Shown: positions 1-13,202, numbered from the stretch's first letter. The stretch: 64,000 bases of DNA from Amoebidium appalachense (GCA_963693365.1 CAVNZM010000004.1:13253088-13317087), one strand, 5' to 3'. The notes: a model not told the origin generated them from the sequence alone. Translations and numbers: made by a program.

Positions 1-1006
1 TTTTTCGTGTGGGTTTGTGTGTGCGTTTGTGTGTGTGTGCGCGCGCATGTGTCTTGTGTGTAACTGCGCCTTGGTTGTTGGCCTGTGTCCGTGTATACGT
101 GTGTGTGTGTGTGTGTGCAAGTGTGAATTTGTGCGTGTTTGTCACGATGTGTGCGTGTGCGTGCGTGTGCATGTCACGGTGTGTGCGTGTTGTGTGTGCG
201 CGTGTGTGTGGTGTGTGTGGTGTGTGTGTGTGTGTAAACTGGGTGGTGGTGGGAGTTGTGTTGATTGATCGAGTATGTGTGGGTACGAAGGGTAGAGAAA
301 GGGAGTGGTGAGTGGCATGTGGCGGTTAGTTGTGTGTGGGATGTAAAGCAGTTGTCGCCTCTAGCATTGGTAGCATGGGTTTGTGCAAAGCGTACATGTG
401 ATCCCAAGGTTTAGCGGGAAAGTGTGAATAGTATGGTATATGCGAAACAGGCAGCAATTTTGCTTGTACTGCAAGTATGTGCTGGCACATGTTAGCACAG
501 TCTTAGAGGTGTCAACACACAACTAAAGTGACTATGGCTTTGCACGGTCGCCATTACACTTTCTATTTGCCTATTCTCTTAGGCGCTATCAGGCAAGCGT
601 TGGGCATATGCAAGGAGTGCCACATAAAACAGCCATGTTTCGAATATACTTGAAATAAATCCACGTAATTGTTTTGATTGCATGCAAAAGAACCAAAAGA
701 AAGGTTGTCCAATCAAATACCGTTTTCCCTCTGGCAAGGCCTTCAGCCCCCCCTCCCCTCCCCCTCCTTCCCGCCCGCCTTCCCGCCCGCCTAGAGGATG
801 GGCCTACCTTTTGTGCCCAGGATAAAGGCAGCCAATCAAATCACCCTGTTCCCAAGGCACCACTATGAATGGGAAGATCCCCCCCCCCCCCATCCCCACC
901 CCCCCCCCCCCCCCCCCCCCCCCCCCGCCCCTCTTTCGCCTTTTTCACGTGTCCCTCTCTCACCACCTGTATATACCTAATTCCAACTTATCCATACCAG
1001 ATTGCA

Positions 1007-1376
1007 ATGCTGCTGCAGCGCAACACGACCATCCTTGCCCGTGCCCTCATCACCGCCTGTGTGTCTACACCCACGAGGTAGGGTGCGATAATGACTGAGA
1101 TGAAGATTTACAGAAGATGAGATTACACTCTTCTGTCGATATTATGTCTATCAGAATGTACCGTCCAATGTCTTTATGGGGAAACAGGAACAGGAAAGGA
1201 GAGACCTCTCCTTTTTTTCCTCATCGTTATTTGGTTGCCAATCCTTTATCGATCTATTTATTGTTTATTATCATGTGTATTTGTGTGTGTGGGCACCAGG
1301 GTAGGCGGTCAGCAGGCGGCACATTTCGTGAGATATCAACCCCTCTTCCTCCCTCCCCCCCGCCCCCCTCTCTCGT

Positions 1377-1450
<74 letters not shown>

Positions 1451-3675
1451 CCTCTCTCTCCCTCTCTCTCTCTCTCTTGCTCCCCCACCCCCCCTCCCCC
1501 CTCTCTCCCCTTCTCACACTCTTCCCCCCCCCCCCCCCCCCCCCCCCCTTTTTTTTTTCTATGCCTGCAGATCTGTACTTAACTGTGCGCAAGAATGGGC
1601 AATCAAGTTACTACGAAGAATTACATGTGTCACATCACCCAGCCGTCTTTTTGCATTCTTGCATTCTGTTGCTCGCTGCATGGGCCTTCACGACTGGGAT
1701 TCTCTTGTTGACCTGGACCATGTTTGCTTCGAATGTCCACTCTGCCTCCTGGGGTTTTTCTTTTTTTTTTTTTTGGGGGGGGGGGGGGGGGGGGAGAACA
1801 TCATAACATCATTCCGGCCACACCAGTAACACTTCTTTTTGTCCTGCCAGAAAATCTGCTTCCTTCCTGTCATTGTTTTCTCGGCGCACCATGGTCTACG
1901 TATCTGCTTCAGAGAATGGCTCGGCTACTGGTAAGTGAAGGGTGTTCGAAACTTACCTGGGAAGTGGCATGTCTAATGGTGGCCAGGGGTTGGGGGGTTG
2001 GGGGGGGGGGGGGGGTCTTCATCGGGAAGGGGTGGTGGTGTGTGCGTGTGTGTGTGTGGGGGGGGGGGGGGGGGGGGGGGGAGGGGGGGGCGGGGGGATT
2101 GTGGGAGGGGGGGGGGGGGGGTGGGGGGGGGGGGGGGGTGGGTGGGGGGGGATGAAGGGATAGACCAGTACTGGGTTGGTCAAGGGCCAAAGAATGGGGA
2201 GGAAGGGGTAATATCGGGTGCTTACGGGTGAGTTCCGATTGTATCTGGGATAAAATTGTGCTCCTCTTCCCTACCGAATAAACATCGGAAATGAAAACAC
2301 GTCAATATTCATCCCCCCCCCTCCCTCCCTCCCACCCCCCACCTACCCACCCACCCACCCACCCTCACCCCGTCCCGGGCTCGTTCACTCGTTGACATTC
2401 ATCCCGGTTTGAGATTCACAATGATTCATCCCTGTGATTTGACATCAACGGTAAGGACCACTATCCTATGGTAAGAAGTAGACACAAATACGATTTCTTT
2501 CACTAGTGTGCATCCAGTGCTTGGTGCCAGACATAACCCAGGGAATGATGCAGGCCAGGTGCCGATTACGTGCGATTTGAGGAGTGATACGATCACGGTG
2601 CCCTGCAAGGGAATGAAGGAGGTGCCAGCCCCCCCCCCCCCCCCCCCCCCCCCCCCCCATGCGGCACGTTACATGCCGGCGTAACATAACTCGGACTATG
2701 GATTTGGCTTTTTTCAAGCCCAAAGCAATGGGTGATACCATATTTCCGGCTTACATCCGGGGGCATAGCTTTCCGTTCGAAGACGTTAAAGTTCCGCCCT
2801 AGTAAGCGTGTTACCACCCTGCGACGTGGGTCAAATCTCATATTTTCCCCTCTGATTGCGAATTCTGCGGCCTTCGGGACTTAATTCTCTTCAGCTGGTG
2901 TAGTATGTTAGCCAGGGAAGTATCGACTTAGGTAGCGACGGGGGAGCTTCCTAGAAGCCCCGTCTCCTGAGTTCCTATCTATATTTTTCTTGCTTCTGCT
3001 TACTGCTGCAACTTTAACCCCCGGCCTTTCCCACTGCCCTTGCCTGCATAAGCAACCCTGCTCGTCTCTGATCAAGACGGGTGACCTACCCATGTTCAAG
3101 TGAAAACAGTATCTGAGTTGGGTTTTGTTAACGAGGTGAATAGGTCGAAACTCGGGTACTGTGGATGGCGTGGGCCCCCCTTGAGGATGGGCTCTGCTTA
3201 TTATGCATAGTCTTTTGTATGGCTTGCATTCTGCATCGTGTTATCCGTTTGTTCTTGTGTACTTCGTACTTTTTGACGCATTCAAACCCCCCCCCCCCCC
3301 CCCCTCCTCCTCCTCCTCCTTCCCCCCTTCTTCCCCCACTCATCCTCTGACCTTCCCCGTCCCCCTTCCCTTCTTCGGTCCTTCACTTTTGAAAGAGAAA
3401 ACGAAATGAAAAGGAATATCTTTCATGCGAACGCCTCGGAAGGGGCAGAGAAAGTATTCAGTCTGTCAGGGGTAGGTTGTATCTAATGGTACCCAGCCCA
3501 TGGAATTACATCACCTGATTCCCAGCCAAGCATACTCCACTGCGATCCAGCAACCCACTCCTTTTCTTCCACCCTACTGCCTCACTCCACCGGCGCACCA
3601 AGCTTTAACCTGTTGTAGTGGGATCGAATGCATGTGAAACCTGTTCCATGTACACTTCCTGACCCCCCCCCCCCC

Positions 3676-3716
<41 letters not shown>

Positions 3717-4968
3717 TGGTTGACCCACCCAAGTTCAGTTGATGCTGCTGTCTGAGTTGGAGCGTCGTATATACGCGGGCTAAGGGGTCGAAACTCAGAC
3801 GCAATTGATGACTTGGGCCCTCCCTGAGGATGGGCTCTGCTTATGACGCATACTGTGCGCATGGCTGATGCTGCATACTTGAATGTTTGCCTTTGCATGT
3901 GTCCTGCACCATGCTTCTCATCGTGTATGCGTACTTCGTACTGTGTTCCGCATTCAAAACCCCCCCCCCCCCCCAACTACACATACAGGCCATGATGGCT
4001 GCCCCTGTGGGTGACGATGTCTTTGGGGAGGACCCAACCATCAACGAGTTGGAAAGGTGTGCTCACACCCGATCCCCCCCCCCCCCCCCCCCCCCCCCTT
4101 CGCTTGCGGAAACAAACCCGTGCTGCAAACGACCTCTAGCATTGAGAGACTCTTGAGTACATGCAACAGATCCCTAACACCATTTTTGTTAATTCTTGAA
4201 TTTTATTTTCTTCTTCTATTTCGTTTTTGCACATGGGTGGAAGGCAGGGAGAGGGGGGGGTGGGGGGTGGGGGGTGGGGGGAGGGGTGGAAGGGAGGGGG
4301 ATGAAAAGGTGCAGTCGGAAAAGAGGAGGGAGGGGAGGTAACGGTGATACTAACCGTCAGAGCAGATATGTGGCTGAGCTTGCAGGGAAGGAGGCCGGGC
4401 TGTTTGTGGCCACCGGCACAATGTCCAACCAGCTGGCCATACGCGCAAAGATAGGGGTAGGCCACCCACTAGTAGTGTACATGGCATGGTGCATGAAATG
4501 GGTGGGTTTTGAAAACACGAATAGTACAAAGAGTGGGGGAAGAGATGGTGTGATCTGTGAAGGTTGCAGGAGGTAAGAGGAGGAGAATTCGCTCAGATCG
4601 GAGGCTGCACAAGAAAAGGTTTGATCGAGAGTGGGGGGGGGGACTTGTCCGGGTGAGGACTAATGGTGGGTGCAAACATAGTTTGGGATTGGGGTTGGCT
4701 GTTAGAGTTGCAGGGCTAGTGGCAAACCGGTAGGTAGGTATGTGTGTGTGTGTGTGCGGTGGTGCTGTGGTGCTGGTGGTGGTGGTGGTGGTGGTGGTGG
4801 GGGGGGGGGGGGGGGAGGGGGGGGGGGGGGGGGGGGGAGAGGGGGGGGGGGGGGGGTGGATCGGAGGGTGTTATGGGAGTTAATGCTTGGCCCCAGGGAG
4901 GAGAAAGTGCGCATTTGGGTGGGTGGGTGGTGGTGTGTGTGTTTTTTTTTTTTTTTTGGTGGTGGGGG

Positions 4969-5006
<38 letters not shown>

Positions 5007-5230
5007 GGAGGGTAAATTCACTGAATGGGAGGGCCCGTGCAGGCACTGGAGTCAGTGGTGTGTGATGCGCGCTGCCACATCTTCAGCTACGAGTGCGGGG
5101 GGGTGGCCTACCATTCCCAGGCACACATGATTCCAGTTACCCTGCCCCCTGGCCGTATATCTCCCCCCCATCCCCCCTCCCCCGCCCAAAAAAAAAAAAA
5201 AAGAAAAAAAAATTGCCCGTATCTTCCCTC

Positions 5231-5267
<37 letters not shown>

Positions 5268-5268
5268 C

Positions 5269-5341
<73 letters not shown>

Positions 5342-5370
5342 ACCATTTCCTTTCCTTCACCCGTCCCTCC

Positions 5371-5412
<42 letters not shown>

Positions 5413-5986
5413 AAAAAAAAAAAAAAAAAGATCGCCAGTATCTTCTCTCAATCGCCCCCCCAAGCAACCCTGCTCGTCTCTGATCAAGACGGGTGACCTA
5501 CTCATGTTCAAGTGAAACAGTATCTGAGTTGGGTTTCGTTAACGAGGGGAATAGGTCGAAACTCGGGTACTGTGGATGACGTGGGCCCCCCCTGAGGATG
5601 GGCTCTGCTTATTATGCATACTCTTTATGTATGGCTTGCATTCTGCATCGTGTTATCCGTTTGTTCTTGTGTACTTCGTACTTTTTGACGCATTCAAAAC
5701 CCCCCCCCCCCCCCCCCCCCCCCCTATTTCCTCTCCTTCACCCGTTCTCCCCCCCCCCCCCCCTCCCCCCTTCCCCCCTCCCCGTCCACCCACACAAGTA
5801 GCCTCACTATTTTGTTAATAATTAATCTCCTGCACCCATACCTCAACTTAGGTTCATCAACGCTGCCCTCGCTCACGGATCACTTGTACACATCAATACA
5901 CCACACGGACACACACACGGACACACACAAACGTTTCTTTCTCTCTCCCTCCCTCCCTCTCCCTCTCGCCCTCTCTCTCTCTCTCT

Positions 5987-6017
<31 letters not shown>

Positions 6018-6121
6018 TAAACCCCCCTTCCCCCTCCCCCCCCCCCCCCCCCCCCAATCCCCCCCTGTCTCTCTCTCTCGTTTCATTCCTCTCTCTATAT
6101 CTCCCCGTCTCTCTCTCTGAT

Positions 6122-6182
<61 letters not shown>

Positions 6183-6865
6183 AGCACCTGACGGTGGAGA
6201 CCATTGCCCCCCACGTACTTGGTCCAGACATGCACCATGCCGTCACCAAGATGATTCTCTTAGAGAACACCCTCGGTGGTGAGCACCCTTCCACCCCCCC
6301 CCCCCCCTCCACCCCCCCCCCCCTCCTCCTTCGTACTGAGTCCCACCACCCCCCCCCCCCCCCCCCCCCCCCCGCCGTCTTTGTTTTGGGTACTGAGTAC
6401 CTACGCCCCCCTCCCTCCCCCTTTCCTTTAATTCTAATGTGGTTACTCTTCCCCTTCAATTTGCGTGTTTGTGGCTTGTATGCATTAGCAGCCCTGCTGG
6501 GTGTTCCCCTGAGCAAATGAAGTGTGTTCAATCTGGATGAACGAAGGATCTGCATGAATATTGAGTTTAGGAGACAAGATAACTGGAAGAAAAGAGAGAA
6601 AGCTCTGTAGGGCCTGGGTGCCTACGGTGCCTTTATCCAAGAACGCCTCCCCCCCCCCCCCCCCCCCCCCCCCCCCGCGCCCTCTCAGCACACACCCGCA
6701 TTAAATGCCACGCACACACACACAAACGTCACCTATCACCACCCTCCTCGAGTGACCCATGTTTGGTTTCCAATCATGCCCATTCCCGGCGCACGTCCAA
6801 ATAACCAAACCCCCTCCCCCCTCCCCCCTTCCTCCCCCCCGCCCAGTACACACGCTTGCGTGCAA

Positions 6866-6896
<31 letters not shown>

Positions 6897-7680
6897 ACAC
6901 ACACACACAGGATCGATCTTCCCGCTTGCCGAGATGCAGCGGATCAAGCAGTATGCCGAGAGCAAGGGCCTGCTGGTGCACATTGATGGTGCACGCCTGT
7001 GGTCCGCATGGTGCGTACCCAACATAGCCGTGCTTTTCCTTTTTTGTTGGTTCCTGGTTTTTTCCCTTCTTCTTCTTTATTATATTTTTTTTTCCAGCCT
7101 TTCAATCTTTCATTCATCCTTTTTTTGCATTTGGGGTGGGGAAAGGGAGGGGGGGGAAGAAGGGGAGGGGGGTGGGGGGGGGTTTGGTGTCAGTGTGAGC
7201 GCGCATGTGTGTGTGTACACACGTGCACATGTTGATAACATGTGGTGGCGGTGGCCGGGGGGGGGGGGGGGGGGGGGGACTCTTTGTAGTGTACGACCTT
7301 CGTGCTAACATACAGGCAGACATAAGAAAGCTATAACAGAAACACCAAAGGTGCCCTGTCAGTCTGCCCGTTGAAGAGCTTTGGAAAATGACCATCTTGA
7401 AGTTGAGAGGTGTTGCATGAGGCATATATACTGGGGGCAGATGGGTTTTATCCAAGGCGGATCTGTGTCTGCCAGTCGGGTGTGGGACGGTCAGTGTGTG
7501 GATGTTGCACCTGGTGCATTGGTGCTTGGCAACATGCCAGGGACATATGCGCTGTTTGCACCTCCAAGGTGCACTTCGGGTCGTCGGAAGCACCACAAGT
7601 TGGAAAAAATCCGTCACACTACAGCATATGCTAGATGGGTAGCTAAATCACTCTCTGCTCCTCCGCCCCCTTCCCCCTTC

Positions 7681-7721
<41 letters not shown>

Positions 7722-10486
7722 AAAAAGAAAAAAAAAGAAAAGAAAAAAAAAAAACGAAAAAGAAAGAAAGAAAAAACCTTCTCACCCACCCTCCCCTGCA
7801 GCATAGCGGCCAACACCAGCCTCAAGGACTATGCTGCATGTGCCGACAGTGTGTCTCTTTGTCTGTCTAAGACCCTGGGTGCACCAGTGGGCTCAGTCCT
7901 GGTTGGCACAAGAGATCACATAGAGAGGGTACTGCCACATCCCCCCCCTCCCCCCCCCCCTCCCCCCCCCCCCCCCCAAAAAAGAAAGAAAGAACAAAGG
8001 GGGAAAAAAAAGGACACAGAAAAACACAAAAAAACTACCGGTTTCCAAGTAAGCGTTAATGATCTGCTCTCACTTGGATTTCATCCCTCCCAACCCAATT
8101 CACTTGCGCTGTCTTCACCAACGATATGACGTAAGGATAGGTACGGAACCGTAGGGGGCATATACAACGACGATTTTTTTTTTCTTTTCTTGGGGGGGGG
8201 GGGGGGGGGGGGGGTTTGAGGAGGTGGCGGTAACTGTTGGGGGCGGTGGTGGTGGTGGTGTTGTTTGGGGGGAGGAGGGGGCCGGGGGGGGGGGGGGGGG
8301 GGGGGGGTGGAAACCTCAAAAGCAGATTGTTTTGAAACGGCATGAGTGTGGTGCTGACAGGTTCTATGCAGGCACGTAAGTTCCGCAAGGTGGTTGGGGG
8401 AGGCTGGCGGCAAGGCGGCATCTTGGCTGCAGCTGGGCTCTATGCAATCAAGAATAACTTCGGAGATGTGATCAAGGTAAAAACATACCTATGGGGTAGC
8501 AAGACACAAAATAACGGTGGAAGCGACCGTTTTAGAGATATCTGATTGGTCAAGATCAAAGTTTATGAGCCAATCGAAATCTTTTGCATCCTTTCTTTTG
8601 GCGGGAAACTTCGTGATATCACGCCCCAGCCTGCAGGCCGCAATACAAGTCAGACAGTGTGTATATCGGTTTATGAGTTTTCATTTGGTTTCAGCAGACC
8701 TCGTTATTTTCCTATTCCTGTTTTTCTGTTTCCTGTTCACTGTCTCATTTGCAATTTTAGCTCAGGAGCACGTATACGCGCAATGTCGTCCAAGCGCTCC
8801 TACGGGAGTTCACTTCAGCAGCAGCACTTGACGACCTGAGCAACCTCAGTCCGAGGTCCAGAAAGCGAGCACGCGACCGTGATTACTCGAAAGAGCGAAG
8901 AAAGTGAAAGAGGGAAGAGACATTACATAGACGACAGGCTGAAAAGGGCAAAAAAAAAAATGGATCTTTTCTTTTCCTTCGCGTTTCAAAATTTTGTTCT
9001 TTTTATCGAGTTTCCAGTCAGTGTGTGTTGTTTACAACGGTGTGTGGTTGCCGCAAAGTTTTGGAATGCGCCATTTGTAACGATTGGCTGAAACAGCACC
9101 ATTGCTGCTATGCCGTTGACCAATAAGAACTCGCTTAAAAAGTCGTAGACCGCTATTTTGTGTCTTGCTACCCCATAATAAATGTGTGATGTGTATATTT
9201 ATTTAGTTTCCACTTCTAGACGAATAAGGGGAAGAGTTAAAGATGGATGTGTCCTTGATGTTAGTTCAGTTGGGAACCCTTCCCTTTAAACGGTATGTCT
9301 GTAAGGGGCACCCTCCGCCCTCCGCACCGTCCCCACCACCACAAGGGGACCGGCTGATCATGGGCTCTCATAGGCAACTCCTGTGTGCGTGTTTGTTGGG
9401 TTCCCTGTATTTCGTTTTTTTTCTTTTTTCCATATTCATACTCACTTTCCAGCATCTAGTGCCTACCACCTGCCTCCCCATCCTCTTCCCCACCGATTTT
9501 TTCGCTGCTGAAAGTTGTTTGTCACGGCCTGAAATGTGATTGGCTGTGCTACCCTGGATCATGTATTGAATGGTGGTGGATGGGTAGTCATTTTGAGTGC
9601 TGTCTCCCTGCGGTTTCTCTAATATACCTTGTATGTTGCCGCAGGGGACAGTCACTAGACAATGTTTGATCGGTACGTCACGGCATTTTATTATCTAATT
9701 TTTGGTTCGTTCAAATTTGCGCTATATAGCTAATACTAGTTAACAAAAGACATGATCTGCCTGTCTAGGCGTTCTAAAATGCTAATTAACATGCCTTTAT
9801 TTACATTTGAAAACCTTTGGAGCTATCTGATTGTTGAATACATATCAAGGGATTTGATTCGTGATTACGACTACATAGACCCGGCGGGGGACGTCCCGCA
9901 GCGTAGTAGGGCCCAGCCACTTACGTAAGCCAGCGGGGATAAAGCCTTGGAGACTAGTGGACGGGATGCATGGGTCGGTGTGTGTGTGGGTGGGGGGGGG
10001 GGGTGGGGGGTGGGGGGGGGGCAGGGAGGGGCGGGAGAGAGGGGGGGGGGGGGGGGGATGATTGGTGATGGGGGGGAAGGGGGGGGGGGGGGGGGGGGGG
10101 GGGGAGGGGGGGGTAAGGATGGGATTGGTGTCAGAGTTAGCATGCCAATGTTGGGCGATCGGGCTCGGACTTAGTTCCGGGTTGGGAGATTCGGTGGCGT
10201 AGAAATGGGGAGGGGATCCGTGGGGCGTGGAGGAGGGCAGGGAACGTTCAAAGACTGACTTAGGTACGCAGGATGTGCACGACCGAGCCAAGCTGCTGGG
10301 TGACGGCTTGGGAAAAATGGGCTTCAAGATCAATGCCGGCTGTAAGCAACCCCCCCTTCACCCCCCCCCCAATATATCTATATCTATATATATATATAAA
10401 CAATGATAATAATAATAAAATGATCATAGTAAGTATATAAATAAATATATCTAAGAAAAAAGATGGGGAGGGGGGGTGGAGGATGT

Positions 10487-10524
<38 letters not shown>

Positions 10525-11597
10525 AGAGAGGATGTGTGTATGTGCCTGTGTCTGTGTGTCACCTTCACGTGGTCTCTCATGCATTGACACGAACGCAGAC
10601 CACCTGTGATTCCGCATGCGCATAAACTAAGGTTGCATACAGATCTACCCACCACTGAAGCCTTCTATCTTTCCATCTTTCCTGTTTTCTGGATGAATGG
10701 GTTCTTTGCCTATATGCATAGACAGATTCATTGTTGTCTTCCGCACAACCTCTCCTTCTTCCCCACTCCCCTCGCTGCCTCCAACCCCTCAGTTCATCCC
10801 CCCCCCTTCCCCCCCCCCTCCCCCCCCCCCCCTCCCCTCTCCCACCCCCCTCTTGTTTCTGTCCTGTGCAGGCTGCATGTCACAAGTTTCATGCCTTCCG
10901 TGTCTGTTTTCAAGGCATGGCACCCTGCTCTGTAGTGCCACCTACCTTTGTGTGCCTCCTTGTAGTGGTGCCCTCTGTTGGGTGATGTGGTGCGGTGGTT
11001 TTGTCAGTGTGCTGCATCGGTCCCCTCCCCTGTCCCTATTTCAGTCACAAATGCGAAAGTTGGGAGAATCTATCAAAAAAACAAGGACAGAGATCTGACT
11101 TTGGTGCAGTTGGGGGGCAGGTGGACACCAACATGGTGTTTGCCGACATGAGTGAGGTCACACAGCGCACGGGCCTGGACTGGGCTGCCGTGGCCGAAAG
11201 GCTGAGGGCAGAGGGCATCATGATCTTCGGGCCCAGGAGAGGTGTGCTCTCTCTCCCTCACTCCCTCCCCCCCCCCCCCCCTCCCCCCCCCCCCCCCCTC
11301 CCCTTCTTTCTCTCTCCTCTCTGCCCCCCCCCCCCCTCCCCCTCCCCCCCCCCCCCCCCCCCCCCTCACCACCCCTGCCCCTGTGCCTGCCCCTCTCCGT
11401 CTACTTTATCTCCTGTTCTCTGCAGTCTTCCCTACCCCCCCCCCCCCCCCCCCCGGGTCACTCTCTTAATGTCTCTCTGTGCATGTGTTTGTGTGTGTAT
11501 ACAGGTGTGGACTAATCAGAGAGACTTTGTGTGTCCCCTTTGTACGTGGAGTGCCCACGAGTACTTGCATGTGGTTTCCGTATGATGGTTTTGTGTT

Positions 11598-11639
<42 letters not shown>

Positions 11640-12112
11640 ATTAACACAAAACCACCCAACAACCACAACCAAAAATCATTATAAATAATAATACCTTTAT
11701 TCTCTGGAACCAAACCGCGTTGTATCAGTTAAAAAGTAGTTGGATCTCGGACACAGAGTGTCACTTCTTATTGAGTAAAGATCGTAAGCAATGATTACAC
11801 CCTCTGTAGGTTTTGCTTAATGACTTCATGATGCTTTGCCTGGAAATTCGGACAGGTGAATTCACTGCCCCTATGAAGGTATATGTCTCCTGGGGAAGGG
11901 GAGAGGGGGGAGGGGGGAAACCACTTCCACACATACATACGATCAGTGAAAACGTTTTTCGGATCAGTCCCGCTAACACGGGTGGTGCAGGTGAGACAGC
12001 AAAAACGAGGCTGGTACTGCACCATCAGGCCCCGAGAGAGTCGGTGGTGCGCATGTTGGAAATCATCGAAGAGATGATAGCCCAGGCAGAGGCAAAGACT
12101 GCAACACAGTAG
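1007..12112 (+). CDS. Low-specificity L-threonine aldolase (PLP-dependent, GLY1/LtaE family), multi-exon
   Basis: Phase-consistent exons: 1007-1077, 1300-1327, 1913-1930 (these three 5' exons tentative), 2559-2621 ([11 protein letters not shown]), 3989-4056 ([11 protein letters not shown]), 4366-4456 ([10 protein letters not shown]), 5043-5154 (HIFSYECGG), 6180-6278 (LLENTLGG), 6911-7010 (HIDGARLW), 7802-7928 ([17 protein letters not shown] lysine), 8372-8476 ([12 protein letters not shown]), 10272-10341, 11110-11241 (VDTNMVF), 11991-12112 (RLVLHHQ...TAG). Confidence 0.93.
2659..3286 (+). mobile_element. Poly(C)-flanked retroelement-like repeat, subfamily A, longest copy (Penelope-like-derived candidate)
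   Basis: 3050-3286 is near-identical to 5462-5699 and 48951-49160; 2980-3080 matches 60521-60633. Bounded by C-runs on both sides and ends cattcaaa(C)n. The 5' part has a decayed ORF (..[17 protein letters not shown]..). The 5' boundary is inferred from the flanking C-run. Confidence 0.75.
3716..3959 (+). mobile_element. Poly(C)-flanked repeat, subfamily B
   Basis: Near-identical to 46488-46737. Shares gtcgaaactc, ccctgaggatgggctctgctta and tacttcgtac...cattcaaa(C)n with subfamily A. C-runs on both sides. Confidence 0.85.
5462..5699 (+). mobile_element. Poly(C)-flanked repeat, subfamily A
   Basis: Near-identical to 3050-3286 and 48951-49160; ends cattcaaaa followed by a C-run. Confidence 0.88.
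8490..9177. mobile_element. Non-autonomous DNA element with 29-bp TIRs, TATGG...CCATA termini
   Basis: tatggggtagcaagacacaaaataacggt at 8490 versus accgctattttgtgtcttgctaccccata ending 9177 (1 mismatch). Internal tgattgg/ccaatc pair; no coding capacity seen. Confidence 0.85.
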
Positions 12113-13202
12113 CTCAAGATTGGGATTGGGAATCCATTACATTTGAAACAACCAAAAAAGTAGGAATATTGCAATTGGGACACAGTGATGTATTGGTGCA
12201 TGAATGTGCTTGTCGATGGCGATGGTGGTATTATGCTGTTTGTTGTTTGTTGTTTTTCGAGATTCAACACTCGCAAGTGAATATGTACCATTGATGACGT
12301 AGGTTTATCCGAGCGTTGCAAGCTGCTTATGGTTTAGAACGTAATACAATCTCAAGCTCACGGGCACAAACAAATATCTGTACAGTATGGCCATGAGAGC
12401 CTTGCCATGGCACCTATGTGCATCAGCCCGAAGTACCAAAAAGAAGCAGTTGGGTCGGATACAGTTGCTAAGTTTTTGAACACACGCAATTGTGATGCCA
12501 GGTGTAAGCATGCACGTGACCACACCTGAGACGAAATAAAAATGTAAATTCTGCAGCTCATCATCCGTACCAGCACATTCATGATGTTAAGTCCGGAGAT
12601 TCCCTCCTCCCCCCCCCCCCCCCCCCCCCCCCTTCCCCTCCCCCCCCCCCCCCCTCTCCCCCTGCCCCCCCTTCCCCCGGAGCGCCATGCAGCAAAACCT
12701 AAGTAACAATAAGTGAGCTGGACTCTGCTCTCCCACAACAATCATAAAGCCTCGCTACCCTTGCTATCAACCCTAACTCTAAGCGGCCTCTTGTGTTATC
12801 CTGCATCTGAAGGTCTAGCCTGAGGTCACGTTCTGTTGCCCCCGTATAATGACCTGCATTTGCACACCTTTGTTCTCCTGTGTGTATGCATGTGCCTGCT
12901 GCCGCACGTGTGTACACACGTGCACACATCGTGTGGCTGTGTGTGTATATGTGGGAGCGCGAGCGGCCCCCGCTGATGTAGTGCTTACGTGTTCAAAGGT
13001 TTGCGTGGCTGTGTCTGTCTAACGGTTTGTGTGGGTGAGACACAGTGCCCTTGCATGTGTATACTTTCGCACGCGTGCGTGCGTGCGTGTACGATGTTTG
13101 TATGTGTGTGCGTGTCTGTGTGTATTTTATGTGTGACTAATGTTAGTCTGAGTGCATGCGTACATCCACGCATGTATTTGTATGGATGTGCTTGTGTGTG
13201 TG

